64,000 nt of DNA from Octopus bimaculoides (lineage: Eukaryota), in assembly GCF_001194135.2 (NCBI RefSeq), contig NC_068983.1:89615911-89679910 (forward strand), written 5' to 3'. Under the pieces are notes generated by a model, which searched no databases, was not told where the DNA came from, and worked only from the letters and a program-made list of their open reading frames with translations. Positions 49,440 through 61,676 of this stretch are shown here, in pieces. A program made the position numbers and the translations under genes. Positions within the stretch are counted from its first letter, which is position 1. Each line of letters opens with the position of its first letter.

Positions 49440-50960
49440 AAAAGTAACAGGAAGGACAAGAAGAAAGACAAAAACCCAAAATGCCAAAAGGTAAAATGAA
49501 GAAGCATAAGGATAGAAACTGAAAGAGCCCAGGTTGTATGTAAATTTTACTTAAATGGCACCTGCTGGCATGGAGAAATGGGAGAGGGCTGCAGCTCTGC
49601 CCATTCCAAATCTCAACAGAACAACAAGCAGGGTAACCTGAAACAAAACCAGCAAAAACATAGAGGAAAATCATCAAGCATGGATCTGCAGACTAACAGT
49701 ACACCAACATGAAGAAACGTATCTCAAAAGAGATGGGAAAGAGATCAATGTATGCATTCAAAAGGCAATATGCAGAAGCTGTATGAACTCCAGCTATCAA
49801 ACAACAGTCATTTTTTAACGTAGTCCTTCTCAGCGGCTGACATGGATGCACAGGATGCAAACTCAAAGCCATGCAATGTACAAGACCACCTCAGGTAACA
49901 GGCCCAGGATAGCCACCACTAACACCTACCCTGATATCATACCTATATTCCTACTGAACATTGGAGGTCTACTGCAACTCAGCAACAGATGTAAAATTCT
50001 CTATCTAAAGGAGCTTGCTACATGCAATCAAGCAATATGCATGGCACTCACTGAAATGCATCTAGCTACTAATGTAACAGATGTGGAAGTGCACATACCA
50101 GGGTATGCTGTATTTTGTATAGACAGAAGAGAAAGAAGCCACAGTGGAGTTGCTATGTACATCCATGAAGATGTCACACCTCTTGTAGTACTGTCACACT
50201 CAAACTCAGTTTGTGATACTTTAATAATATAAAGCAAGTTGATGTAGTAGTATGCACAATACATCGTCGCTGAATACCACAAAATATGATGGCAAATTTG
50301 AGGATAGCCTCAAACACATCAAAGAGATATTAACAAACGTATTAACAAACCTAGATCAGAATATCAACATACTCTTCCTGGGTGATTTCAACCTCCCACA
50401 TGTTAAATGGCCAGAAGGTCACATCCTCTCTGGGATGACATTGCATGAACAAAAGCATGTAGAGTCATTACTTGAACTTACTAATAAGCTGTTCATGGAG
50501 CAAGTGATACTCAAGCCAACCAGGGGAAACATATTGAAACTATGCTTTGCAAATAATGTGGACCTTATCCATAATGTGAAGGTGATGTCAATGGCACTCT
50601 CAAATCACATCATTGTTGAACTACGTATGGTCCTGTATGAACTGTTGGTATTTACCCTATGAGGAGGACTCAAGCCTTATCCAACCTGAATTTCAATAAG
50701 TAAAATGGGTATCAATCCGCAAGGAGATCCACAAACAAAACTGGTCCAACATTTTGTGAATGCAAGACATTGATTTGAAACTCAGCCAGTTTATGTCAAC
50801 AGTGCAAGCTATATGCACTAAATATATCCAAGAAAGGCCAGCACACTGACAAACAAGATTCCCAAGGATAGAAAAACCCTCACGAGGCACAGGTCAAAGA
50901 TCTCAAAGTGGCTGAATAGACAACTGAAGGATAAAGGAAGAAACATATTGGAAAACCTCA
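49440..50960 (+). mobile_element. CR1/L2/Jockey-type LINE 5' fragment (ORF1 CCCH finger remnant and APE endonuclease)
   Basis: LLNIGGL, IPGYAVFCIDRRERSHSGVAMYI, LGDFNLPHVKW, PTRGNILKL, SNHIIV. Confidence 0.8.
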
Positions 50961-51581
50961 ATACATGTCAGAGTGACAAAGAAATGAGGAAAGTACCAGG
51001 TAGTTGTGGGTTGTGCAAGAAACAAAAGCTAAATCGCCCTTAGATCCTATGCTTTTTGTCTGAAAATTATTTTGAAATTATGAACAGAAACAAACTGCAG
51101 ATTCAGAATGTCTGAACTATGATTTTAAAAAATTCAAAAGGCCCAGATTTATGGACGGGCAGGGCTAATGAAAAATTTTTTGTAAGATTTCCCTATTGTT
51201 TTTAAATTACATTTAATTTTCTGTTTGAAAATAAAGGAAGTGGGGAATGTAATGGTGATTATCAGTTTCCAAAAAATTTTTTAACCTTCATGGCTTCTCC
51301 CACTGTTTTTTAGTGCATAATGCAAAAAAACATTGGCCAAGATTGGTACTGAGTCGGGAGTAAGGTTTGAAGAAATACACTAATTTTCAAAACTTTTTTC
51401 ACAAAACGCTTCCCCCAATAATTTTTAAGGGTGTGGTAAAACAGAAAAATTGGAAAATTCCTCATCAAAACAGAGAAAATCTAACTTATGTAGGTGCGCT
51501 ATTCTGAAAATCCACCAAGGTATTGTGAAAATTACCTGGCAATGACGGAATACTCAGCTAGTGTGTGCATATATATACATA

Positions 51582-52816
51582 TAGGGTGCAATGGCTAAAT
51601 TGTCGCTATTTTATATTTTTAATTTTGTGCATTGTTTGTTTTTGTTGACTACACAGTTATAGTAGGGTCAGTTGGGCACCATCTGCGAGAAAAATAGCAC
51701 CATAACGCAATTCACTCTGCCAGAAATTTGGAAGCTTCGATATGAACATTTCAGAGTGTTTGGGTGTTATTATGAGGACAATGCAGAGGATTTGAAAAGA
51801 GTTGGATGAGTTTAATGGTGATTATGAAGGTACAACAGCTTGGAAAACTCACTCTGATTGTTCTGATCAGAGAAGAATTCCTGAATTTGTTGGTGAGATC
51901 CAGGCCATTATTGACAATGATCCCTCCAAGTCAACCAGGTCCATCGCCAGGAACATGGGAATGTCTGAGTTACTTATCAGGCAGGTAGTGCACGAAGACA
52001 TTCAGTATTCCTCAAACAAGATGAGAAGGGCCAATTTTTATCCCAAGCCATCAAGGACAAGAGGAAAGACCGTGCTACAAAGCTTTTGAACAAACTCTAG
52101 CACACCCTCCAACCAAACATGCTTTGGTTTCTCTCAGACGAGAAAAATTTCTGCTAGGATCAGATGCTGAACACACAGAACTGTTTGGCTTGTCAAGTCC
52201 CCAAAACATGTACTGAGAGTGATAAAAATCAAACATCCAGTCAACATCATGGTGTTTGGAGTGATCACTAGTGATGGTGACATTATGCCTACATTCATCT
52301 TCCTACACAGCCTCAGACTCAACATGGAGGTTTACATCAAGTGCCTGGAGGAGGTAGTGCTACCTTGGGTCAAGAGGGTGGCTGCTGGAACAGGACTCTG
52401 CACCATGCCACACAAGCAGGAGAACCCAGTCTAGGCTGTCAGACAATTTCTGTGACCACACCACCCCTAAAATCTGACTACATAACTCCCCAGACTGCAA
52501 CCCCCTTGATTATTATGTGTGGGGCGCAGTCGAGCGACAGACCAACAAAATTCCTTGTAACACCAAAGATAAATTGAAGGCAAGGATTATGGCAGCATTC
52601 ACAAACTTAAACAATGAGACTATCCAGAAGAGCTACAGGAGATTCTGAAGTTGTCTGGAGGCTGTGGTTGAAGCCAATGGCGATTTTATTGAATAAATGT
52701 ACTCTTTAGTATTTCAAGATATTTTTATGTAATTTTGGTAAATATATCTGTTAAAATGAGATGTCAGTGTTATTTTCATTTTTGCGTAATTTAGACAATT
52801 TATTCACCGCACCCTG
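51582..52816 (+). mobile_element. IS630-Tc1-mariner element (maT/DD37D-like), degenerate
   Basis: TIRs (c/t)agggtgc..tg..taaattgtc / gacaatttattcaccgcaccctg with TA flanks. Motifs SDEK, KHPVNIMVFGVITSDG, PDCNPLDYYVWG. Confidence 0.82.
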
Positions 52817-52862
52817 TATGTGTGTGTGTGCATATACCTACACACACATATATATGCGTGTG

Positions 52863-52904
<42 letters not shown>

Positions 52905-53143
52905 ACAACATATGTAAACAAACTTCTTTTGTCTTCAGAAGCATCATATGTGTATCATATTATACAGACAAGAAGGTTATATTTTGAATGCAGTACAGCC
53001 ATGAAAACAGCCGAAAGATTAGGTATTATTACCCTTATGAAACGGAAAAAGTTGTCAGCACAACTTCTTCCATCTTATTTAGGATTTATGGAGGGGTAGG
53101 ATTAATGAAAAAAACTAAAAAGAGATTTCACTATTGTTTTTAA

Positions 53144-53363
53144 CCCTTTCATTACTGTATTTATTTTGAGATGCCCTGTGTTTCTTTCTATTACTTTAAA
53201 TATAACAAAAAATTTAGTAAAATATCTTAGTTATCATTCAGCTAGTGTTAGGAACATAAATTGTGACTAAGGTTTGGTGGAAGATTTTAATTCAAAACTT
53301 ATGAAAACAAGACATTTGTACTCCGAACCAGAGCCAGTTTCAGCTGGGTTGGTAATGAAAGGG
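53144..53363. mobile_element. piggyBac-type MITE (220 bp) inserted into an older repeat
   Basis: TTAA-ccctttcattac...gtaatgaaaggg-TTAA. Empty site visible in the paralogous repeat at 51202-51205. Confidence 0.88.
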
Positions 53364-53697
53364 TTAAATTACATTTCATTTTCTGTTTGAAAATAAAGGA
53401 AATGTAGAATGTAATAGTGATTGTCAATTTCCAAAAATTTCTTTTATTTTATCCTTCATTTTTAAGTGCATAATGTAAAACAAAAAATTGGCCAAAATTA
53501 GTACTGAGTAGGGGAGAGGGATTTGAAAGAATTCATAACTTTTCAAAACTTTTTTTGCATAAAATGCTTCTTCTCATCATTTGCAAGGATGTAGTGAAAA
53601 ACAATTTGAAAAATCCCCATCAAAAAGGAAAAAAATGCAACTCATGCCAAGGAATTCTATTGTGAAAACTGCCCATTAATGACAAGATACTCCACTA

Positions 53698-53736
<39 letters not shown>

Positions 53737-54549
53737 CACATGCATATATGGGTATAAGGACGTCACCAACGGTGCAAATAACAAGAAATACATAAACAAG
53801 AAAAATGGAAAACAGGACAAGTAAACACAGATAAAAGACCCTTTATTTGTTGTTGGCTGTCTATCTACTACTCATTTCAAGCATTCAATGACAATATGAG
53901 TCTTCAAAGACAGTTGCTCCCAGAAATTCTAAAATAAAATTTAGGATTTATGGAGGGTCAAAGTTAAGAACAAAAAAATGACAACGGAGACATAGAAGGA
54001 AGCCAAACAAAAACCAAGAAAGAGGGGAGAGAGAGAATAAGACAGATAGAAAATGTTGAAGGAGAGAGGGGGAGAAAAAGGGAATTAATTATAGAAGGAT
54101 GGAGGAAGAAAAGAATACAGAGTAAATTGTCGCATCAAAAAGGTGAAGATAAACTTACTTGGAAATGGATGCGTCGTAGTCAATTAAATAATAAATATTA
54201 TATATATATATATATATATATNNNNNNNNNNATATATAATTCAATAATAGGATAAAGTCTTTGTAAGAATTTATCAAGTAGTTAGCGTCGAAAAACCTCA
54301 TAAGGGAAAAAAACCCATCATTTATTCCCTTTATTTTTATGTGTTTTGACCATACATGTACTGATGAGTAAAAGATGCAAATTACTGCGTTGATTATGAA
54401 ATCATGATTTACCATTAAGTTAAAGTTTTTAGGGGGTTAGCTTTGAGAATTACATTCCCTCGCGTTCGGTAAAAATGTGTTATGGTAGTTTGACTTTTAG
54501 AGTCCCTCTTAGCGTGAGGCATTCTTGTATAGTAATGCCCTTATATAAA

Positions 54550-54614
<65 letters not shown>

Positions 54615-56210
54615 GGGTACAGGACATCACCAACGATAATATTTTCAACAAAGATATTACAACTGTATCTGATTGTTCACATACTGTGCGTGTATACATT
54701 TATTCTATCGCTGATATAATATTGTCATATAATACAATATGGAATAAGTACTTCCAATATTATCACTCCAAAAAAAGTGATAATGTTGGAAAGTGCTATA
54801 ATTCTTATAAATCCCTAGTTAATAGTTGATGAAGAGAATATCCTATAGAATATATCTTTGTTTTACCAGATCAGTTTTTACTACTAAGTTGTGATTTTAA
54901 AGAGCTGTCAGTCAACAGGAACCAAAAGACTGGTATGCGACATACTGAGATGTCTCTTTCCTCCTTTAATCTGGGATATCATTTGTCTTGCACATTCATG
55001 TTGATGTTGTCTGCTCTCAAACCAGATAGTGTGAGATCTATTTAAGTCAGAAGTACAAACCATTCAGCATTTTATTGAGGGATATAATGGAGGCCGAGAG
55101 CATATATTCTGGGTATACTAGATGAATGCTACATCCACCAGAGTGGTAAATTTTCTATTTAATAATTCTATTCTTGCAATATCCTGATATAATCTGATAA
55201 TTTATTTTCAAATCCAATGATACACACTCAGAAACAAAGATTAAGTCTTGATGAAGTCATTATGTATAGAAATAATCAAAAGTTTGATTTTGCATATACC
55301 AGAGACTCAGCATAGTAGCATATCATATGACAAAAACCACCACTGTACACCAGTGATGGAAGAGAGGATGAAAATGATAAGAGTCAAATAAGACTATAAA
55401 CTGTCAGTTATTATTATTATATTTTTCAGTCATTTGCCAGTGCAATACTAAACACTTGTAACTAGCATGTAATGTTACTACTACTGCAGCTGTTATGATC
55501 AACAAGCTTATTCTACATTAACACAGAAAAAGTAGAACAAGTTAAGTGAAGAACAGCAATTAAAATTTTTTTCACCTCTCATTAATGTAGCATGTAAATG
55601 CTCATTAACTTATTGACAAATAACTCAATACTCATTTATATAAACTAAATAAAGACTTACTTAGCCAAACAAAGATCTCTCACTATCATACAACTTTGGT
55701 TGTCAACTTTCTTCATTACTTGGGTGAGAGGAGAAAAAAAATTGTTGTTTAGCCCTAGGGCAGCCCTGCTTGTGCAGAATAAACCAGTCCTGTCTTTTTG
55801 TCTGACATAGGATATCTAGAACTACATGATACAGTGCCTTGTTCAAGACAGTAAGGAGATTTAGCTGCTAATTCTAGCAGGTTGAAATAAGTTCACAGTG
55901 GCTCCTTGAAGTCCTTAAATATAAGTTTTAGTCTCTTGATACAAAATCTTCACAAATAAATGTAATAACTAGATTTTAAACAAGCTAATGAGAGTGCCTC
56001 TACATGATCCCTTAACCTGCTAGAAATATTAGTCAAATCTCACTCAAATTACACCTTACCATCTCAAATAAAGAAATAAACAGGAAGGACAAACTGAATA
56101 ATGTAATCCTACAATGTTTGAAAAAAGAGATAGGATAGTCATAACAAAAACGTTCTGAACATAGGACTAATGCAGAGCTGAACAAAAGCAAGCATATTTC
56201 AAAAGAACTA

Positions 56211-57451
56211 TCAGATTATCCAGAAAGTTCTGAGTGTTTTTTAATATGCAAAATGAGATATAAATAACTGACCTTTCAATAAATTTTACTCAATGAAATA
56301 ATTTCCATTATTATTAATGACCCTTGCCAATCTATTAGGTAACTTAAATATTCCATTAGCATGAAATTTGACTGGTCTTTAAGACAAAAAGTTATCTAGA
56401 TGCATTTTAACTCCATCTAAATCATTAAATGTTTTTCCTTGCAATAAGTTCTGTAGAGAAAAAACAAGTGGTAGTCAGATGGCACAGTATCAGGAGAATA
56501 TGGTGAATGGAGTAAGAGATCCCAGCCAAGTTCATGTAGACGGGCGTTGTCTTATTAGAACACTACCCCTTTCTTGTTGGCAATCATCTCCAGCCTTAAT
56601 TCTTTGATTTGTTGGTTCAAATTAGCCAGTTGACATCAGTACACATCAGAATTAATGGTCTGGTTTTGTGGGAGAAGCTCATAATAAATAATGCCTTTAT
56701 GATCCCAAACACAAAGCATAGATTTTTTGGCATGGATATTCATCTTTGGTTGCTGTTTTGGGGGATTCTTACACAAACTCAAGGATCTTCTTCATACTAT
56801 GTTTTCGTTCACAATCTAGTTTTCATCTCCAGCCATTTTTTGATTCCATTTCAAAAGCATATCACAAACAGAATACCAGTCCAAGCAATTCTTTTCTGAG
56901 AGTTTGTGAAGGTCCCTTACATTATAGTGAGAAAAGTATCCTAGCTTCACTAGGTGTTCATGAGCCATACTTTTAGAAACTTCCAACTCCTCTGCAAGTT
57001 CTCTAGTCGTGATACTTGAGTTTTCTTCGATTTTTGCCTTCAAAACATCTTCATCCAATTTTGAAGGTCCTCCACAGTGACTGTCATCTTCCAAGCTAAA
57101 CTCTCCAGCTTTAAATTTTGCAAACCATTTTCGACCAGTTGATTCACCTACAGCATCATCACCATAAATTTCAACATAAAATGTTTTTGCAAGTCTTTGC
57201 AGCATTTTCTCCTTTTTTTTAGGAAAAGGAAAGCATTACAAGGCGAATATGAAATTTTCAGTCATCCATTTCAAATGTCAATAATGGGTGACTGGAATGA
57301 AAAATAAATTTATTTTTAGTCAGGAACAAAGAAGAGATGCACTACCACTTCAAGCAACATGAAAGTTTTAACTATGTTACATTTCAGGTGTGTTCAATGA
57401 AGCATTAAAAGATTTAGCTTAAAAATGCTCAGAACTTTCTGAACAATCTAA
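56211..57451 (-). mobile_element. Mariner element, full length, degenerate
   Basis: TIRs tcagattatccagaaagttctgag / ctcagaactttctgaacaatctaa with TA flanks. Motif YGDDAVGESTGRKWFAKFKAGEFSLED. Confidence 0.88.
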
Positions 57452-58454
57452 TAATTGAAGTCTGCACGGGCAAAAATCAAACAGCAAAATACAAATATAA
57501 TATATAAAGTGTGCATGATGAGAGAAAATACCTGTTCAAAACGATTACTTCCTCTACTCACACCATACAAACATAGCTGATTATTTTGATTTCTAGAGAT
57601 TTCTCATAGGCCAATATTAAATGCATATCTTTCTTGGATTATCTGTTCTGCCTACATTCAATCATTTCTTATTTAATCCATTTAATTTATTATCATTAAA
57701 ACTGTATCTACAACAGATTCATTTGATGTGTGTCTCTATGTGTGTTTGTCATACAGGTGAGTTGACAAGAGTTACTAGAGTATTAGGTAGAATTCCCTGT
57801 GGTATTCATTCTGGCTCTCTGCACTTGAATTTGTTTCTTGATGAGGTCAATTTATGTCTGTCATCCTTTCATGGTTTATAATTAAAGCACCAGTCCTGCA
57901 CACGAGTTGATTCTTTCTCTCTCTTTTTCACTTTCACTCTGGAAGAAATCAGTTGAAACATGAATAGGAAAAGGCCGATGCCAGGTTTTAAAAGCACAAG
58001 GACTTGGGGGCTCAAGGAAGGAAAGAGCTTGTATATAAGATAAGCCTGATTTTAGAAGGGTTACTAGATGATCTCTCCAGAAAACTCTTTACCATATCAA
58101 GGAAATGAGGCAACCCTTATGCCCAGTAGTCTTTACCGCTGCTGTGGACTATTGGAAAAGTAACCCAACCCTTGCTGAAAGGTTTAAGAGGTTAAACTTT
58201 GAGATGTAAGAATAGAGGCCAATGTAAGACAAGAGATTCTTTAACTTCAACTAATACAAAGTAGAGAGGAATCTTCACAGTATGAGCAACATGATAGAAA
58301 ATATCCCTTTTTACAGTCAGTTACATGAGAAAGAAAGAAATGGACAAACAAAAAACAACACATGCAATAGGGGAACTTCTTTAATTTTGTTGAGGATGAG
58401 ACAACTCCACCGAAAGAGAATTTATTAATCTTACTGTTAATATTAGTACCACAA

Positions 58455-58665
58455 AAGGTGGCAAGATGGCAGAATCGTAAGCACAATGAGCAAAATGCTT
58501 AATAGCATTTCATTTGCTTTTATGATCTGAATTCAAATTCCAAGGTTGACTTTGCCTTTCATCCTTGCAGGGTCAATAAAATAAGTACCAGTGAAGCACT
58601 GAGGCCAATGTAATCAGCTTACCCACTGCTCCAAACTTACAGCCCTTGTGCCAAAATTTGGAAAC
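58455..58665 (+). mobile_element. SINE copy with a 16-bp target-site duplication
   Basis: aatattagtaccacaa at 58439-58454 and 58666-58681. Same family as 16079-16300. Confidence 0.75.
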
Positions 58666-59339
58666 AATATTAGTACCACAATAATAAAACACCCAATACA
58701 CTTTGTAAAGTGGTTGGTAACAAGAAAGGCATCCAGCTGCAGGAACCCTACCACAAAGTAGAATATGCAAGCAGGACATTCTGGACATTCAGGACATTCT
58801 GACCGATGTAGGAGGACAGTGACTCTAAATAAGAACTGACTCAGACTGTGCTGACCTGTTCAACCCATACCAGCATGAAAAAGCAGATGGAAAAATGAAG
58901 ATTATAGAAGAGCAGCTATTATTTTTGCAGACAACAAGGTTATTCTCTCTTCTAGTAAAAAGTAGAATGTGCAATATTTGTTAACATCCTGTGATGCTGC
59001 ATGAAGACTACAAAGAAATGAAGCAAGCATGTTTTGATGGATATGTAATGTTAGTGTGCATAAACAGATTTATTTATATGTGCACACACATATACACATG
59101 TTATGGTCATGTTATGTGTAATATAGGGAGTTGAAAAATTACATTTAACAAAAATTATCCTTGCAACCAAAAGACAAAATCTCCATGAGAGGCATGTAGC
59201 AGGTTTTTGCTTCACTTTGAATCCTAACTGTTAGTTCTCCGATTATGAAAAGCTTTGTAAACATAAACAGGATCTTTCAGGTTGAATAATGCTGTCAGTA
59301 AAAATCAGATTGATAAAATTATATATAAGCACATCCTGG

Positions 59340-60305
59340 ATTTTCAAATGATGATGTCACCACAGATCTGTCCAACCAGATTTGTTATGGAGCACAATGA
59401 GACCAGATTGGAAAAGAAATGGCAAAACTTGATGGGCAGAGAGTTTGAATGACAGGAGCTTAGTGACATGAGTAGTGAAGCATAATGGTCAACAAATTAT
59501 TGCATTTGGCAGTCTACACCAGTACAACTGTCAAAAACTAGCACACTTACCACTCTAACAGGCATACTCTTACTTGCCTCTCAACAAACATTCTCCAACA
59601 ACACCTGGCTTTCTTTTCTGAAACTATCATGGTCCATGTAAACTCAAAACAATAAAACAGATGATTACTTTTCTCATTCATCCAACATCTTACCCATCTA
59701 GAAATTGTTTCAGCTAATCCAAATGTTTGGAAAATAAAAACAATACAGTTAGGATCTTATATCTAGCTGTTTTGATCTTTGCTTTCTTGGAGGCCTTCTG
59801 ACAAATTTTCACTTATTAGAAAGCAAAACGACCCATGTTACATAACAAAACAGTGAAGTTTCAGGGTAAGAAGAGTCTGATGCTTTGGGGATACATAAAA
59901 AGTGATGGTTAAAATTGATGGTAACTTGAATAGTACCAAGCACATCCTGTTGCTAAAGGACAATTTCATACCAGATTTGGATAAAGGTGACATTTTTCAG
60001 CATGACATAACTCCATGCCACAGATCACATGCAACACAACAGAGTCTAGCTGATGAAGCTGTTACCATATAAAAAGATTGGCCAGCTCAGAGCCCTGACT
60101 TTAATATCATCGAGTAAATGTGAACAGAACTAAGAAGATTTCATCAGAAGAATCCACACAATCTTCTTGAAGGGTTGTGGAAGCTCAGCCACAGAGAATG
60201 GCATCTCATTCCTGTGAAGATAGTGAAGGATTTGTACGCATCTCTTCCCAGGTGCATTGAAGCAATTATTGAAGCTAAGGCAAGCCACACGAAATATTAA
60301 CAGTG
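59340..60305 (+). mobile_element. Tc1-like transposon remnant; ends approximate
   Basis: TVKFQGKKSLMLWG, IFQHDITPCH, WPAQSPDFNIIE. Confidence 0.78.
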
Positions 60306-60516
60306 TACAGTAACTTTTTGAAATGAACATTATATAATAAATTTTCATTAAAGGCAGTGAGCTGGCAGAAACTTTAACATGTCGGGCAAAATGCTTAGTG
60401 GTATTTCATCTGTTTTTACATTCTGAGTTCAAATTCTACTGAGGTCGACTTTGCTTTTCATCCTTTTGTTGACCATATTCATTATATCAGGTCATCTGTT
60501 GATCATATTCATTATA

Positions 60517-61676
60517 CCAGGTCATCCCATAAGTTCTGTCCGATTTTACCTTTTTTAAAACTGAATGAAATTTAATAGTATTTTAGAATGTCTAATGGAA
60601 TTAAAAATTATTTTTATGTATTTGTGTATATTTAAACTAATTAAATATTATTTTACAGAATAATAGAATTAAAATTTCTTTGATTAAAANNNNNNNNNNN
60701 NNNNNNNNNNNNNNNNNNNNNNNNNNNNNNNNNNNNNNNNNNNNNNNNNNNNNNNNNNNNNNNNNNNNNNNNNNNNNNNNNNNNNNNNNNNNNNNNNNNN
60801 NNNNNNNNNNNNNNNNNNNNNNNNCATTATCAGTTGAAGAATTGGCAATAAAGATTAGTTCAAACCATACAACTGTTCATCATCATCTTCAACAACTTGG
60901 AAAGGTTCCTAAACTTGGAAAATGGGTGCCTCATGAATTGTCCAAAAGCAACCACAAATCCCGAGTTGACATCTGCTCTTTTCTCCATTCTTGCGAACTC
61001 ATTTCGCCCTTTTTGTATAGACTTGTGACTGGTGACGAGAAATGGATCTTCTATAGAAATGTTAAACATCGTAAACAGTAGGTTGGTAAAAGGGAAAAAG
61101 CTCAACAACAACCAAGAAGAGAACTTAATGGGAAAAAGGTTCTTCTCTCTATCTGGTAGGATTGCAAAGGAGTAATTCACTTTGAATTGTTCCCACCTAA
61201 TGCAACAATCAATGCTCAAGTCTACTGTCAGCAATTAGAGCGTTTGAACCAAACTTTGAAGAAAAAAAAAACCTGCTTTAGTGAATCGAAAAGTGATGTT
61301 TCATCAGGACAATGCGTGACCCCACACTGCAAAGATCACATCACAGAAGATCGAAGAGGTTGGTTGGGAAAAAACTCCTCATCCACCTTAATCTCTCGAC
61401 CTTGCTCCTTCAGACTACCATTTGTTTTGTAGTTTACAGAATCATTTGGGGGACATAACTTTCGCAAGCCAGGAGGAGGTTGAAACTGACATTTCAGAGT
61501 TCTCTTTGAAACCAAAAGAGTTTTACATTGATGGGATTAAAAAGCTTGTAAATAGATGGAAGTAAGTCATAGATAATCAGGAAAAGTACATTGATAATTA
61601 AATTTCATTTAAATATAACATTTGATCATTTGTTTTCTTTATTCAAAATTCGGACAGAACTTATGGGATGACCTGA
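60517..61676 (+). mobile_element. Mariner element, full length with internal gap, degenerate
   Basis: TIRs (c/t)caggtcatcccataagttctgtccga with TA flanks. Motifs WVPHELS, LVTGDEKWIFY, HQDNA*PH, HPP*SLDLAPSDYHLF. Confidence 0.9.

Noticed and set aside
54354-54395. Second hammerhead-like CTGATGA motif
   Set aside because: The GAAA core is changed to CAAA and there is no valid NUH triplet; too degenerate to call.
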